Shown: positions 1 to 10,582 of the stretch, in pieces
Layout: each line of letters begins with the position of its first letter
How positions within the stretch are numbered: the first letter of the stretch is position 1
Assembly (NCBI GenBank): GCA_963735215.1
Contig: CAVTKF010000015.1
Location: forward strand, 572,294 to 636,293
DNA length: 64,000 nucleotides
Direction: 5' to 3'
Source: an uncultured Acidobacteriaceae bacterium
GTDB lineage: Bacteria > Acidobacteriota > Terriglobia > Terriglobales > Acidobacteriaceae
Program-made: the position numbers and the translations under genes
Notes under the pieces: generated by a model
The model's input: only the letters and a program-made list of their open reading frames with translations
Told to the model about the DNA's origin: nothing
The model's database searches: none

Positions 1-786
1 TGGGAGCACGTTGAAGATGCGCCCGGAAAGCTGTGCCCCAATCCGCGTGTGATTCTGCCTCGGCGCATGCTCGAAGATATCGCTGGCGGACCACGCGCGG
101 TTGATGTGCGCAGCTTCGGCGTGCGTTGCCCGGCAACGCATCGCGAGAGCCAACTGTACGGAATCCTCGCGATGCTCCACGTGCTTAGCCCTGCGCTGGC
201 GTGGTTATGGCGGCTGGTTGCTCCGCGCGGCCATGGCAATCCCAGCATCCAGGCACAGAAGTCGAAAGAGATGCAGTCAGAGGGAGTCGGCTCCTACTGG
301 GCATTTGCGACCGGGCGTCGTGTTGACCAGGCGAATCTGCTATTGCGGCAGATTGTCGATACGCCAGAGACGCGCTACGTGCTCATTCCCAACCAGCACA
401 TCGGTGCTTGGAAGGTCGGCTTCATGGCCGAATGGATCGCGCGCGAATACTTGGCGCGCCGCGGCAGTGCCAGGTTCGGCCGCGAACAAGTGGATGAAGC
501 GCTGTTCCCCCTGCTCGGCTACATTCCCAAACAGCTCAAGATCGAAGGTTCCATGATTCCCCGCGTTTTTCTGCGCATTGAGGAGCAGATCCAGGGCGGC
601 ATGGACGTCTATGAAGAAGGCGCTCGCCAGTGGCGTGAATTCTTCGCACGGGAGTTAAAACAGTTCCAGGTACCGGAGCTCGACTTGCTGGGCCAGCGCA
701 TCATTGAGGCCTGTCTCGACGGGGCGCACCAGGAAGACTATCGCAAGCTGATTCCGCATCCGATGTTTCGCGACGACGAAATGTAG
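1..786 (+). CDS. hypothetical protein (N-terminus lies upstream of the window)
   Basis: Frame 1 is open from nt 1 (WEHVEDAPGKLCPNP...) into the listed ORF 49..786. The C-terminal two thirds have protein-like composition (...IPNQHIGAWKVGFMAEWIAREYL...). No family recognised by eye. Confidence 0.5.
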   Translation, partial: WEHVEDAPGKLCPNPRVILPRRMLEDIAGGPRAVDVRSFGVRCPATHRESQLYGILAMLHVLSPALAWLWRLVAPRGHGNPSIQAQKSKEMQSEGVGSYWAFATGRRVDQANLLLRQIVDTPETRYVLIPNQHIGAWKVGFMAEWIAREYLARRGSARFGREQVDEALFPLLGYIPKQLKIEGSMIPRVFLRIEEQIQGGMDVYEEGARQWREFFARELKQFQVPELDLLGQRIIEACLDGAHQEDYRKLIPHPMFRDDEM

Positions 787-840
787 ACGAGCTACGCGGG
801 CACGAAAGAGTGCCGCTGCGCACAATGTAAGAGACTGTGT

Positions 841-2214
841 TCAGGCTGGCGAGCCAACCGCGGCCGAAGGCTGGGCTTCACAATTCTGATCGAGTGTGGA
901 CTCAAGCCAATTTTCGGGTCGCGGCAGATGACTGAGATCGGAGGCTTCGGATTCAAGAAACGATTCGAAAAGCACCTTGTAAAGTCCGCGTCGGCCTGCC
1001 AGCCGCTTGTGCCGCGCGCGAAGAAAATCAAATCGGAAATGAGAGGCAGGTTCCAGTTCCGCGAGAAAAGCTGGAGTAAAGAAGCGGTGCGAGCGAGCCA
1101 CGGCCATCAGGATCAGGGACCGCCAACTCATGCGCAGCAGGCGCTTAAGCGCGGGTTCTCCGTGCGGCAAGCGCTCAATCTGATCGGCAACGCGTTCGCT
1201 GAGGGCAAGCAACTGCCGCACAAGATCGTCAAGCGGAATTCCTGCAGCCGCAGCGCGTGAAAACAACGTAGCGGAGCCGTGCTTCAGGTCATCCTGCACA
1301 TCCTGCAAATCATCGCCAAGCTGGAGAAGGACGCCCCAGTCAAAAGCGAAGCGCGCTTCTTCATTGTTGAGAAATCCATGCGAGAGGCATGCATCCGCGA
1401 GGACCGATGTGCCACCTTTCGCGCAGCTCAATTGCAACAGCTCGGACTCGCTGGCTTTGCGACTGCGCTTCAGTTGTGCCATGCTGTTTTCCTGCGCCTG
1501 GTGAATCGCCAGCAGGCATTCATACACGCGCGGAAAGCGCTGCCGCGGAAATTGCTCTTCAATCAATCGCACCATGGCCCATACCGCGGCCTCGTGCTGA
1601 TCGCGATGTGCAATCTGCAAGCCGCACAAGCGGTCGCGAAAGCGTTTGCTGAACTCAAGCTTCCGGTCGCTGGAAATTTTTTCGGAGTCAAGATAGTTAT
1701 CGCTGTAGGGATAGAGCAGGCTGTAGCCAAGTATCGCCGGCGTCATCTGCATGCTGTCGCCGAGCAACGGCTGAATTCCACACACGGTCCATGCATTGCG
1801 GCATGCCTGGATCGTATCGGCCATCGTTAGGTCAGGATCAAAGCGCGTGGCCCACTGCGCAAACTGGTTGCCGATGGGAAGAAAACCGCCAGTGAGCAGC
1901 TGAACAGCCTGGTCTTCAAGGCCGAGAGCGAGGGACGCAAATCGCGGAAAAGTGGCTACGATGCGGCGCTGGGCGGCAACGCGCTCTGCGGGACCGCGGC
2001 GCGCCTGTTTTGCCTCGCGCTCAACCGTATGCAAGACATCGTCATAAGCATCTTCCTTCTGTTGCTGTTCGTATGGGCTGAAGCGTGGGACCGTTCTCGC
2101 CGGGGAAGCGGCGCAGGAACGCCACTTCTCGATAGTCGCAGCGACTCTCGACTCGACCCATGACCAGTTGTACGGACGCTCCATGCCACCAGAAATTACG
2201 GATTGCCGGGGCAA
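841..2214 (-). CDS. hypothetical all-helical protein with Asp-rich motifs reminiscent of class I isoprenoid synthases (tentative)
   Basis: 457-aa ORF, convergent with the previous gene (54-nt spacer). Two acidic segments, 'LLYPYSDNYLDSE' (about aa 170) and 'LLQLGDDLQDVQDDLKHG' (about aa 300), lie about 130 aa apart. This resembles the first/second Asp-rich motif layout of trans-prenyl/terpene synthases. The function call is weak. Confidence 0.55.
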   Translation of the reverse strand: MPRQSVISGGMERPYNWSWVESRVAATIEKWRSCAASPARTVPRFSPYEQQQKEDAYDDVLHTVEREAKQARRGPAERVAAQRRIVATFPRFASLALGLEDQAVQLLTGGFLPIGNQFAQWATRFDPDLTMADTIQACRNAWTVCGIQPLLGDSMQMTPAILGYSLLYPYSDNYLDSEKISSDRKLEFSKRFRDRLCGLQIAHRDQHEAAVWAMVRLIEEQFPRQRFPRVYECLLAIHQAQENSMAQLKRSRKASESELLQLSCAKGGTSVLADACLSHGFLNNEEARFAFDWGVLLQLGDDLQDVQDDLKHGSATLFSRAAAAGIPLDDLVRQLLALSERVADQIERLPHGEPALKRLLRMSWRSLILMAVARSHRFFTPAFLAELEPASHFRFDFLRARHKRLAGRRGLYKVLFESFLESEASDLSHLPRPENWLESTLDQNCEAQPSAAVGSPA

Positions 2215-2294
2215 TCGGTTCCGTCGGCGGATTCTCGATGAACAGGGAATTTGTGCGTTTCGAAACCCCGCCTATTCCCCAAACCGTCCCGATC

Positions 2295-3107
2295 TCAACG
2301 TGGGGGACTGGTTGCCAGTTGGGCATTTGAACGGGATTCCGCGTTGCGCAGCAGCTTTGCGGCTTCAGGGGAATCCGGGACCTCGTCAACCAGCTGCCGG
2401 TATTCGAGTACGGCTTCCCGCCACATTCCATAGCGGCTGTAAAAGGAGCCGAGGAGCAGATGAGAGGGATGGCCAGCACGCAAGTTCTGGACCTCGAGCT
2501 CGCCTTCATCGGAGAGAACTGAGAATTGAGCTGTTGGGCTGGAAACAGGAGACGTCTTCGCCCGGGCCCCACTCGGAGTTCCTTCGACGCGCCACACATA
2601 GGTGTGTCCCCGCAGGAGTGGATTTGGGACTTGCCAGAGCGCTTCATCGAGAACCGGGCTTGTAGCGACGGTCTGATGGGAGTCCCGATCCACAATGACG
2701 ACTCGATAGCTCCAGCCGTCGATCAGCGCATCCCAGGTGAGGGTGGGACGCGTTTCCTCGACCGTCGTTCCAAGAGGTTGGGTGATGACGATTTGCTGCT
2801 GGCCGGGGCGCGGCGGAGATTGCGCCTGACGGGTTTGGTCGGGAAGGGGACTATCTGGAGAGCCTAACTCAGCCAGGACATTCTGTCGCTCTTCCGCAGG
2901 AACGTCTGTTCCGAATTTGCCCTGGAGCATTTGCTGGTCGGCGGCACTTGTTGGACCTGGCTGAGCACGCCTGGGCAAGCGGCTTAGATTAGCGTTGTGC
3001 GAACCGCGCAGGAATGAACGATACAAAATCGCAGACGCAATCGCAAGAATGATGATCGCAGCAATAGCGTAAACAAATCTGCGCTTATGTTTCTGGATAG
3101 GCTTCAA
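2295..3107 (-). CDS. single-pass membrane protein with extracytoplasmic domain and C-terminal TPR-like helices
   Basis: 270-aa ORF. N-terminal basic stretch plus TM segment 'FVYAIAAIIILAIASAILY', then a Pro/Gln-rich linker. C-terminal 'LLLGSFYSRYGMWREAVLEYRQLVDEVPDSPEAAKLL' is TPR-like. No catalytic motif. Confidence 0.6.
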   Translation of the reverse strand: MKPIQKHKRRFVYAIAAIIILAIASAILYRSFLRGSHNANLSRLPRRAQPGPTSAADQQMLQGKFGTDVPAEERQNVLAELGSPDSPLPDQTRQAQSPPRPGQQQIVITQPLGTTVEETRPTLTWDALIDGWSYRVVIVDRDSHQTVATSPVLDEALWQVPNPLLRGHTYVWRVEGTPSGARAKTSPVSSPTAQFSVLSDEGELEVQNLRAGHPSHLLLGSFYSRYGMWREAVLEYRQLVDEVPDSPEAAKLLRNAESRSNAQLATSPPR

Positions 3108-3350
3108 AAAACGAACACCTTCGCATTCCTGTTGATATCCGCGCGCCTTATGGACAATTCACGAAACGACACTATGTCTCCGCGCGCCGTGCACTCAGGC
3201 GCTCATTCATAACTTTAATCTCTCTGGATGCCAGCGATGGGATCGGAGTGTTGTACATGACCCGATCTTGCGGCGTGTTGTCGATTTCTTCGTTGCCGTT
3301 TAACGAAGGTCAGTGGACTCTGTTGGATTAAAACGCCGGGAAATGTGTGA

Positions 3351-4823
3351 CTATCGGGCGAGTCGCAATGTGAGGACCGTAATATCGTCTTCCTGACCGA
3401 AACTCTGGGCCGCGACCGCGATCTCCTGAGCAGAGTGCACAGTGAGATCCGGCAGCCGGTCGAAGCCGAAGAGCTCGCTTGAGTGCGAGCGAGCCTCTGG
3501 GACCCCGTCGGAGAGCAGCACGATCTGATCGTCCGGTCGCATCAGACCTCTGACCGGCTCATAAATCTGATCGGGCATGATTCCCAGTGGAAGGGCTGAA
3601 TCGGCGCTCATCTCAGTGCCGGACAGATAGGGTGCGATGTGGCCGGCGTTGGCAAAAATGAATTCTCCCGAAGGGCTGATACGCATGCTGCAGGCAGTGG
3701 TGAAGCCAAGTTGCCCCTGTGCTACCAGTGCATTGTTAAGGTTGAACAGGATTTCTGCGGGATCGTCCGATGTCTCCCGGCGCAGTACACCCAGGATCAT
3801 CGAGACCCTCATTGCGGCGGTCAGCCCCTTGCCGGAGACGTCACCGATGATTGCGAGGAGCGACCCCTCGGGGCCCGGCTGAACGAAGAAGAAGTCGCCG
3901 CCGACTTCGCTTGCCGGCAGATAGATGGATTCCACCTGGAAGCCGGGTGTGGGGCGGGACGCGCTTTGTAGGAGCATCTGCTGGACAGAGCTTGCAGCCT
4001 TTAATTCGGCTGTATACGCCGCGCGAGCGGCGGCTGATTCAACCATTTCTGCGCAGAGCGTTGCGTTCCTGATTGCCGTTCCAGTCTGGAGCGCGATCGT
4101 ATTCAGGAGTTTCAGGTTTGCCGCGCTGTAGGGAGCGTTGTCACTGGCGTTGGCAAGCGCAATGAGGCCCACAGTGCTTTGCCCGGTGCGAAGCGGAGCG
4201 AGAATCAGAGATTTCAGTTCCTTCTCGGAGTCGAGGGATCGCGAGTCGGATGCGCAATCATTCACAATCTCCCCGGAGCTTCGTTCGAGGACGGAAGCAA
4301 TGAAGGCAGAATCTGTGTTGAGGAAGCCGGCTTCTGAATCGCCGAATGTGGCTGTAACTTTGAGTGGCCCACTGGAGTTGTCCTTCACAAATACCGCACC
4401 GTGCGAGGCGGGAATGAGCCGACGTGCCTGGGCGAGCGCCGTCTCGCTGATGGCTGAAACATTGAGAAGAGCCGCGAGTTCTTCGGAGAGCTGCTCGATG
4501 AGGTGAATCTCACGGTAGAGCGTGAGGGTCTCGGAAGCAAGCGCGCGCTGTTGCGACTCGCGGTCTGCAAGATGCGAAAGGACCGCAGCCATCGCGAGAG
4601 ATGTCGTGCCCGATCCGACTACGCTGCCGAGATTTGCTTCACCCGATACGATCGGATAGTGAAAACCGGAATCGTAAGCCCCGTTCGGAAGCTCTCCGAG
4701 AAATATTTTCCCGGTTGGATCGACGACGCATAAATCGGCATCCAGCGACTCGCAGAGCTTCCTGACGACGTCCATACTGGCAGTTTTCTGGCCGAGAAGG
4801 GCTCGCAGGTTCAGGCCTGGCAT
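3351..4823 (-). CDS. GAF domain-containing PP2C-family (SpoIIE/RsbU-like) serine phosphatase
   Basis: 490 aa. C-terminal half carries the SpoIIE-type signature 'GGDFFFV...IGDVSGKGLTAAMRVSMILGVLR...LLSDGVPEA...DDITVLTL'. The central region is GAF-like. Starts 12 nt after the receiver gene on the same strand. Confidence 0.85.
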   Translation of the reverse strand: MPGLNLRALLGQKTASMDVVRKLCESLDADLCVVDPTGKIFLGELPNGAYDSGFHYPIVSGEANLGSVVGSGTTSLAMAAVLSHLADRESQQRALASETLTLYREIHLIEQLSEELAALLNVSAISETALAQARRLIPASHGAVFVKDNSSGPLKVTATFGDSEAGFLNTDSAFIASVLERSSGEIVNDCASDSRSLDSEKELKSLILAPLRTGQSTVGLIALANASDNAPYSAANLKLLNTIALQTGTAIRNATLCAEMVESAAARAAYTAELKAASSVQQMLLQSASRPTPGFQVESIYLPASEVGGDFFFVQPGPEGSLLAIIGDVSGKGLTAAMRVSMILGVLRRETSDDPAEILFNLNNALVAQGQLGFTTACSMRISPSGEFIFANAGHIAPYLSGTEMSADSALPLGIMPDQIYEPVRGLMRPDDQIVLLSDGVPEARSHSSELFGFDRLPDLTVHSAQEIAVAAQSFGQEDDITVLTLRLAR

Positions 4824-4835
4824 GTTTCAGGTTCC

Positions 4836-5222
4836 CTAACTCTCAAGTCCGAGAACAGAGCGCGCTTTGGCAACAAGAGCATCGGGATCGAATGGCTTGG
4901 TCATGTAGATGTCCGCACCGACCTCTATGCCACGCTGGCGATCGAACTCCTGTCCCTTCGCGGTGAGCAGCACGATGTAGATGTGATCCATGCCGAGTTC
5001 TCGCTTGACGGCATGGCACACATCGAATCCGTTCTTCTTCGGCATCATCACATCGAGGAAGACCATCTTCGGCTGCTCGCTGCGAATGGTTTCGAGAGCC
5101 TCTTCGCCATTTGTGGCAGTGAGAAGCTCTACGCCATCGTCTTCGAGTTCCTCAAGCGCCTGCTGGATCAAAGTGCGCAGATGCGGCTCGTCATCGACAA
5201 TAAGAATTTTCATAGGGTTCAT
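4836..5222 (-). CDS. single-domain response regulator (CheY-like receiver)
   Basis: 128 aa. '[13 protein letters not shown]...', phospho-acceptor context '[13 protein letters not shown]', and 'LLTAKG...TKPF'. Its ATG overlaps the kinase stop as ATGA (5219-5222). Confidence 0.9.
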   Translation of the reverse strand: MNPMKILIVDDEPHLRTLIQQALEELEDDGVELLTATNGEEALETIRSEQPKMVFLDVMMPKKNGFDVCHAVKRELGMDHIYIVLLTAKGQEFDRQRGIEVGADIYMTKPFDPDALVAKARSVLGLES

Positions 5223-8200
5223 TGATAGATAAGAAAGAGGACGTTCTCCATTCCCTTCTCGAAACGCAGGGCGCGCACTGCGTCGTCATTGGACAAAAGC
5301 GAACTCAAGATGATGACATCCGGCTTGGAACGCATTGCTCTCGAAACCAGTTCAGAGCCGTTGGAATCGACTACCTGGTATCCGCGTGTCTCAAGGACGT
5401 CGGCAAGCGTGCGAACGGTTGATGCGTCTTCGTCGACGATCATCACTTTCTTTTTCGACTTCCCCTGATCGAGCAATGCATCCACTTCATGGAAGAGGGA
5501 TGCCGTATCGATGGGCTTGGTGAGATACCGATCGACGCCAAGCCTGAACCCGCGCTCCTTGTCTTCAAGGATGGAGAGAATAATGATCGGAATATCCATC
5601 GTCACCGGGTCATTCTTGAGCACTGCGGCAACGTCGAAGCCGTTCATTTCGGGCATCATCACGTCGAGGATGACAAGGCCCGGCGTTTCTTCGCGGATGA
5701 GCGAGAGCGCCTTGCGGCCGTCCTCAGCGAGGCGTACGCGGTAACCGGCCTCGCTGAGTTCCTGGTTCAGAAGAGAGCGAATGTGCTGATCGTCGTCGAC
5801 AACAAGAACAGACTTGTCGCGCGGCTGATGCGTATCCACTTTCTCTCGCAGTTGCTTGACGAGCGATTCGATATCGACTGTCCGGCGTCTCGGTTGGAGA
5901 TCAGGCCTGTCGTTTTTGTCCGCGATGGGAAGCGTGAATGAGAATGTACTGCCCCGGCCCGGCCTGCTTTCAACCCAGATCTGCCCGCCGTGATATTCGA
6001 CGATCTCCTTGCAGATCGGGAGACCGAGGCCGGTGCCCTTTGGCTTATCGGTGAGCGTGTCGCCTACCTGCTTGAACTTCTCGAATACCTTCGGCTGGTC
6101 TGCCGGAGCGATGCCAATTCCGGAGTCCGTCACGCTGACGACCAAGTCGGCGTTGTCCCTTCGAGCGGAGCACTTGATTGAGCCATCATCGGTGAACTTG
6201 ACGGCGTTAGAAATCAGGTTGATGACTACCTGGATCAATCGATCCTGATCGCCCGTCACGACCGGGAGATCAGGTTCGATGTCCCGCTCCAAATTGAGCT
6301 TCTTCGCTTCAAACAGCGAGGCAGTGGCCGCTACCGCGCGATCAATGACATCTTGCACGGACACAGAAGCCATGTTCCAAGTGAACTTGCCGGCCTCGAT
6401 CTTCGCGAGGTCTAGGACATCATCGATCAATTTGGTGAGACGCTCGCCTTCGCTGACGACGACACCGAGGTTCTCGATAACTTGCTGCTTGGCCTGTTCC
6501 ACCTTGCGATCGTCACTGGGGATAAGCGGGAAAAGCCGCTCCTGCAGGCGACGGCGAATGATTTTTGCGAAGCCCAGCACCGAGGTCAGCGGCGTACGTA
6601 ATTCATGGCTGACAGTCGACAGGAAAGAGCTTTTTGCGGCGTCGGCCTCTTCCGCCGCGGCGCGTGCAATGCGTGCTTCTTCAAAGAGCTTTGCATTGTG
6701 CAGCGCTACGCCCACGGCCGATGCGATGGTCGAAAGCAGGCGCTGGTCTGCCTCGGTGAAGCGTCCCTCCTGCTCCGTCGATTGGACGCTGATGACACCG
6801 ATGAATTCGCCTCCGGCTGGGATCGGCACGCCCAGGTAGGATGCGGAGACGCGGCCGATCTGCGCAATTCCCATGCGGGCGCGGTTGCGTTCCATGTTCT
6901 CGTTGATAAGGAGCGGCTGCCCGGAACGAATGATCTGCGAGGTGAGTCCAGCGCCAAAGGGTCGCGGCTGCGCATCTTCGCCATATGTGTAGGGGAAGCG
7001 CAGCATCATGTTCGTGCGGTCAAGCAGGGAAATGTAGGCGATCGATGCATGGAACAGGTCGCGAATCTGCTCGCCCACGAGTTGAATCAGTGGTTCCTGA
7101 TCAAGCTGCGTGGCGAGCGCCTGCGTAATGTTGTTGATGGTAATGAGTTCGGCAGCGCGCTCGCTGACTTCTCGCTCCCGTTTGTTGATCAGCAGGTAGG
7201 CGTTTGCGTTGTCGAGTGCAATCGTGGTGTAAGACGCAAGGTTCTCAAGCAGGCTGAGATGCTGCTCGGTATAAGCATTCTTTTTGAAACTCTGGATGCT
7301 GAGCACGCCGAGCACGCGCTCCTGCGCGATCAACGGGAGATAGATCATGGAAGCCGGCGGCTGTGCGGTGCTTCCGTCTTCAAGCTTCCTGCTTGCGTGC
7401 TCGTAGGTGGGGATGTACTTCGAATATTCGACGGCGACGTCATTGATCAGGATCGGCTGGCGGTGATCGATGCACCAGACGGCGAACTGGTTCTTGTCCT
7501 CGGTAGTCCGCGTGTAGGGAGCGTAGCGCTTGCCGTTTTCGATAGCGAGACTGTATTCGATGAGGTGTTGCTCAGGCCGGTAGAGACCTACACCGAAGAT
7601 GCTCGCATCAACAATCTGATTTACGCGCTCATAGAGTTTGAAGAGGATTGTGTTGAGATCGAGAGAAGCCGTGATCTCCCTGCCGATTTCGCTCAGCAGC
7701 TCAATACTGTCTTTCTGAGCCGCGATTTCAGCGGCCTGCTCCCGGATCTCCTGGGTGCGCTCGTTGACGGTGGCTTCCAGCGCCTTTGCCTGGTCCTCAA
7801 GAATCGCGGTCTTGCGGCGCGCCTTCTCCTGTTCGTGTGCAGTGATCCAGCGCCAGGCGACATAGGTCAAAAACAGGAAGAGCAAAACATAGCCGATATA
7901 GGCGAGAGTTGTTCTGTACCACGGCGGAAGGATTGCGAACGCGTAGGTCGCTTCTTCGCCGCTGCGTCCGTCGTCTGCACGCGAACGAACGTGGAAGCGA
8001 TAAGAACCGGGACCCAGCCCACTGTAATTAGCTTCCTTTTGCTTGCCCCATGCCGACCAATCCTTGTCTGCGCCCTCGAGCCAGTATTGGTATTCGGTGT
8101 CAACAGGATTGGCGTAGTTGAGTGCAGCGAACTGGAAGCTAAGGGCGCTACTGCCGGGCGGTAAGCGAAGCTCAGGAGCTCCTTCGATGTTTAAGCCGCT

Positions 8201-10252
8201 GAATACGACCTTGGAGCCGGCATTGACCCGTCGCACGAGCGTTGGAAACGGTGGCGCTGCGGCCTGACTTTTTGCCGGAGCGAGGCGGAGCACCTGTTCT
8301 CCGGTTATCCACACCACGCCGTCCGGATCATGAAATGTATTAAAAGTACGGAAGCGATTCAGACGGCGATAGGAATCTTCATCGACGTGCCATGTCCCGT
8401 CGGGTTGACGGCTAAAAAGACCGAGGCGCCGACTGTCTGAAGATGTCTCTACAGACCAGAATTTCGCGTTCGGACCCTGATATTCGGCATCATACGGGCC
8501 GAGGCCGGCACCAACGTCTGGAGCATCGATAGGAAGTAGGAAGCGGTCGTCAACGACAAATTTGCCTGCTGCCGGATCCCAGCGAAAGATATGTTTTGAG
8601 CGATCGACGGTGGCAAAAACGCTTCCTGCTACAAATTCCAGGTCGTTCTGGCCTTCGGGAAGACCTTCATTTTGCGAGAAGACCTGGTACTTCGAATCGC
8701 GCATCCCCGAGGGAGCCACTTCAACCCGGAGAACGCTTCTACTTCCTCCACTCGCCCAGAGCACGCCGTCAGCATCTTCGACCAGGCCCCGGGATTCATA
8801 GATTGTCTTTGGCAACCTGCCTTCGTCAATCCACTTCTGACCATCCCAACGCATTGAACCCAGACCATCGGAATGCCCGATGAATACCCGTGATGGATTC
8901 TTGCGCGATTGCTCAATGAAGTATGTTTGCTCAGTGAGACCGTGCACCGCTGGCATGGCGGGGACGAGGCTGTCGCCTTGCAGTCTCATCACGCCTTCGC
9001 TGGTGGCCACAAGGAGTTGATGCGGAGATTTTCCGGCAGGGTCTTGGAAGTCAAGCATGTTCCAACCCTGATTGGGCCCCTGGATTGGAACGGACGACGG
9101 GCGGCCGGTCTTAGGGTCGAAGACGACGCGTGCGATCGCATTGGATGCAACCGAGGAAGCGTAGATTGATCCCTGGAACCGGATTACATTGAGAGCACTG
9201 CTTCGCAGAATGATTGAAATTGGCGAGTTGACTTCAACACGAGCCACTCCGCTGCCCATGCCGAGCCACAGCGTACCTTCGCGGTCTGAGTAAGCAGAGA
9301 CGGTCTCAGAATCAAGCAGACCCGAAGTCTTATCGATAATCTCCCGGATTCCCCCGTCGTGAGCGAGGATCACCGCTCCGCCGTTGAGCGTGGTAATGCA
9401 AATGCTGCCATCCGGCAGCAGGGCAGTCGTGTAGACCTTGTGTACCCTCAGGTAGTCATCCGCCTGGGTGGGGAACGGAACCACTTTCTGGCCGTCGTAA
9501 AGCGTCAACAGCTGGTCGCGCGACGAAACGAGAATGCGGTTGTCGTCGTAGGGATGAAGAAACAGCTTGATTGAGTCTTTGTAGGCTTCGCCGCCCGGCA
9601 GAGTGCGGAGTTCATCGCCGACAATCTCTTGCAAACCGATTCCGCTTTGGGAGGTGAGAATATGGCCTCGAATATTCGCGATCGCCTGGAATCTGTTGTT
9701 CCCCGAGGGGGTCCAGACCTGCATTCGGCTTCCGTCCCAACGGAAGAGCTGTTCGTAGGAACGAAAGAAGACGCCTTGCGGAGTGGCCAGCGTTTGCCAT
9801 ACATCGGTAAAACCACGATTTTCCTGCGGAACTTTGTCGAGTAGCGAAACAAACTGCAGAGCACCCGTGGCATCCGGAGTCAGATAACCGAACTTGGCAC
9901 CAGCGCCGACCCAGATTCTCCCAGATTCATCCAGCGCCAACGATCGCACGACCGACGAACCCGTAAAGATCTTTCGCCAGGTCACGCCGTCATATTCGAG
10001 CAGGTCACCGCTGGAATTGCCGAAGTACATGATGCCGCGGCGGTCTTGCTGAATCGCCCAGACCTGCGGTCCCCCGTTGTAATCTCTCGCCGAGTAATTC
10101 TGGAGGACCGGCATCCCTTGTTCGGAACTCGACTGGCTGGCAGGCTTAGAGAGAGCGACTTTCGCCTCCTCGCCAAAGCATGCGCATGCCAACGCGATGG
10201 GCACGATTGCCAGGAACTGAAGACGGAGACACAAACCAGTACGTCGGATCAA
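5219..10252 (-). CDS. hybrid sensor histidine kinase: signal peptide, beta-propeller (two-component regulator propeller) repeats, Y_Y_Y domain, TM, 2x GAF, HisKA, HATPase_c, receiver, degenerate second receiver
   Basis: 1677 aa. Y_Y_Y-like '[37 protein letters not shown]'. TM '[21 protein letters not shown]'. H-box '[19 protein letters not shown]'. G-box '[34 protein letters not shown]'. Receiver '[12 protein letters not shown]...[13 protein letters not shown]...TKP'. The C-terminal receiver-like tail has '[10 protein letters not shown]' where the phospho-acceptor Asp would be. Confidence 0.9.
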   Translation of the reverse strand: MIRRTGLCLRLQFLAIVPIALACACFGEEAKVALSKPASQSSSEQGMPVLQNYSARDYNGGPQVWAIQQDRRGIMYFGNSSGDLLEYDGVTWRKIFTGSSVVRSLALDESGRIWVGAGAKFGYLTPDATGALQFVSLLDKVPQENRGFTDVWQTLATPQGVFFRSYEQLFRWDGSRMQVWTPSGNNRFQAIANIRGHILTSQSGIGLQEIVGDELRTLPGGEAYKDSIKLFLHPYDDNRILVSSRDQLLTLYDGQKVVPFPTQADDYLRVHKVYTTALLPDGSICITTLNGGAVILAHDGGIREIIDKTSGLLDSETVSAYSDREGTLWLGMGSGVARVEVNSPISIILRSSALNVIRFQGSIYASSVASNAIARVVFDPKTGRPSSVPIQGPNQGWNMLDFQDPAGKSPHQLLVATSEGVMRLQGDSLVPAMPAVHGLTEQTYFIEQSRKNPSRVFIGHSDGLGSMRWDGQKWIDEGRLPKTIYESRGLVEDADGVLWASGGSRSVLRVEVAPSGMRDSKYQVFSQNEGLPEGQNDLEFVAGSVFATVDRSKHIFRWDPAAGKFVVDDRFLLPIDAPDVGAGLGPYDAEYQGPNAKFWSVETSSDSRRLGLFSRQPDGTWHVDEDSYRRLNRFRTFNTFHDPDGVVWITGEQVLRLAPAKSQAAAPPFPTLVRRVNAGSKVVFSGLNIEGAPELRLPPGSSALSFQFAALNYANPVDTEYQYWLEGADKDWSAWGKQKEANYSGLGPGSYRFHVRSRADDGRSGEEATYAFAILPPWYRTTLAYIGYVLLFLFLTYVAWRWITAHEQEKARRKTAILEDQAKALEATVNERTQEIREQAAEIAAQKDSIELLSEIGREITASLDLNTILFKLYERVNQIVDASIFGVGLYRPEQHLIEYSLAIENGKRYAPYTRTTEDKNQFAVWCIDHRQPILINDVAVEYSKYIPTYEHASRKLEDGSTAQPPASMIYLPLIAQERVLGVLSIQSFKKNAYTEQHLSLLENLASYTTIALDNANAYLLINKREREVSERAAELITINNITQALATQLDQEPLIQLVGEQIRDLFHASIAYISLLDRTNMMLRFPYTYGEDAQPRPFGAGLTSQIIRSGQPLLINENMERNRARMGIAQIGRVSASYLGVPIPAGGEFIGVISVQSTEQEGRFTEADQRLLSTIASAVGVALHNAKLFEEARIARAAAEEADAAKSSFLSTVSHELRTPLTSVLGFAKIIRRRLQERLFPLIPSDDRKVEQAKQQVIENLGVVVSEGERLTKLIDDVLDLAKIEAGKFTWNMASVSVQDVIDRAVAATASLFEAKKLNLERDIEPDLPVVTGDQDRLIQVVINLISNAVKFTDDGSIKCSARRDNADLVVSVTDSGIGIAPADQPKVFEKFKQVGDTLTDKPKGTGLGLPICKEIVEYHGGQIWVESRPGRGSTFSFTLPIADKNDRPDLQPRRRTVDIESLVKQLREKVDTHQPRDKSVLVVDDDQHIRSLLNQELSEAGYRVRLAEDGRKALSLIREETPGLVILDVMMPEMNGFDVAAVLKNDPVTMDIPIIILSILEDKERGFRLGVDRYLTKPIDTASLFHEVDALLDQGKSKKKVMIVDEDASTVRTLADVLETRGYQVVDSNGSELVSRAMRSKPDVIILSSLLSNDDAVRALRFEKGMENVLFLIYQ

Positions 10253-10582
10253 AGAATCCTACCTGGGGCGATGAAGATGACCTGACAGCGTGGAGAACGG
10301 GGGACGCGGCTTGAGCTTAACACGCACGAAATTGCATGTGCAAGGCAAAAACCAGCTGATTTCAAGGGGTTACCGGCGGCACCATCGAAGAACGCAACGG
10401 TGAGGACCGCTTCAAATTGATGAGGCCCATCGAGTGGCTCGATCCGCGGCGATCATTCGTGCGCGTTTTAGAACGCAACAACTCATCGGCTCCGGTCGGG
10501 TTCCGCGACAGCACTTGCCCTTTGTAGTAAAACGGTTCACTGAGATTGGAAGGTCGTCCGGCTGGAGACAGGAGATGCGGAG

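Noticed and set aside
796-816. Weak hairpin GCGGGCAC-GAAAGA-GTGCCGC between the first two convergent genes
   Set aside because: The stem is only 7 bp with a bulge and there is no U-tract on either strand. This is insufficient to call a terminator.
6605-8164. 519-aa ORF on the plus strand
   Set aside because: It is entirely antisense to the well-supported hybrid histidine kinase. Its composition is the Arg/Ala/Gly/Leu-rich pattern typical of shadow frames in GC-rich coding DNA, and it has no recognisable motif.
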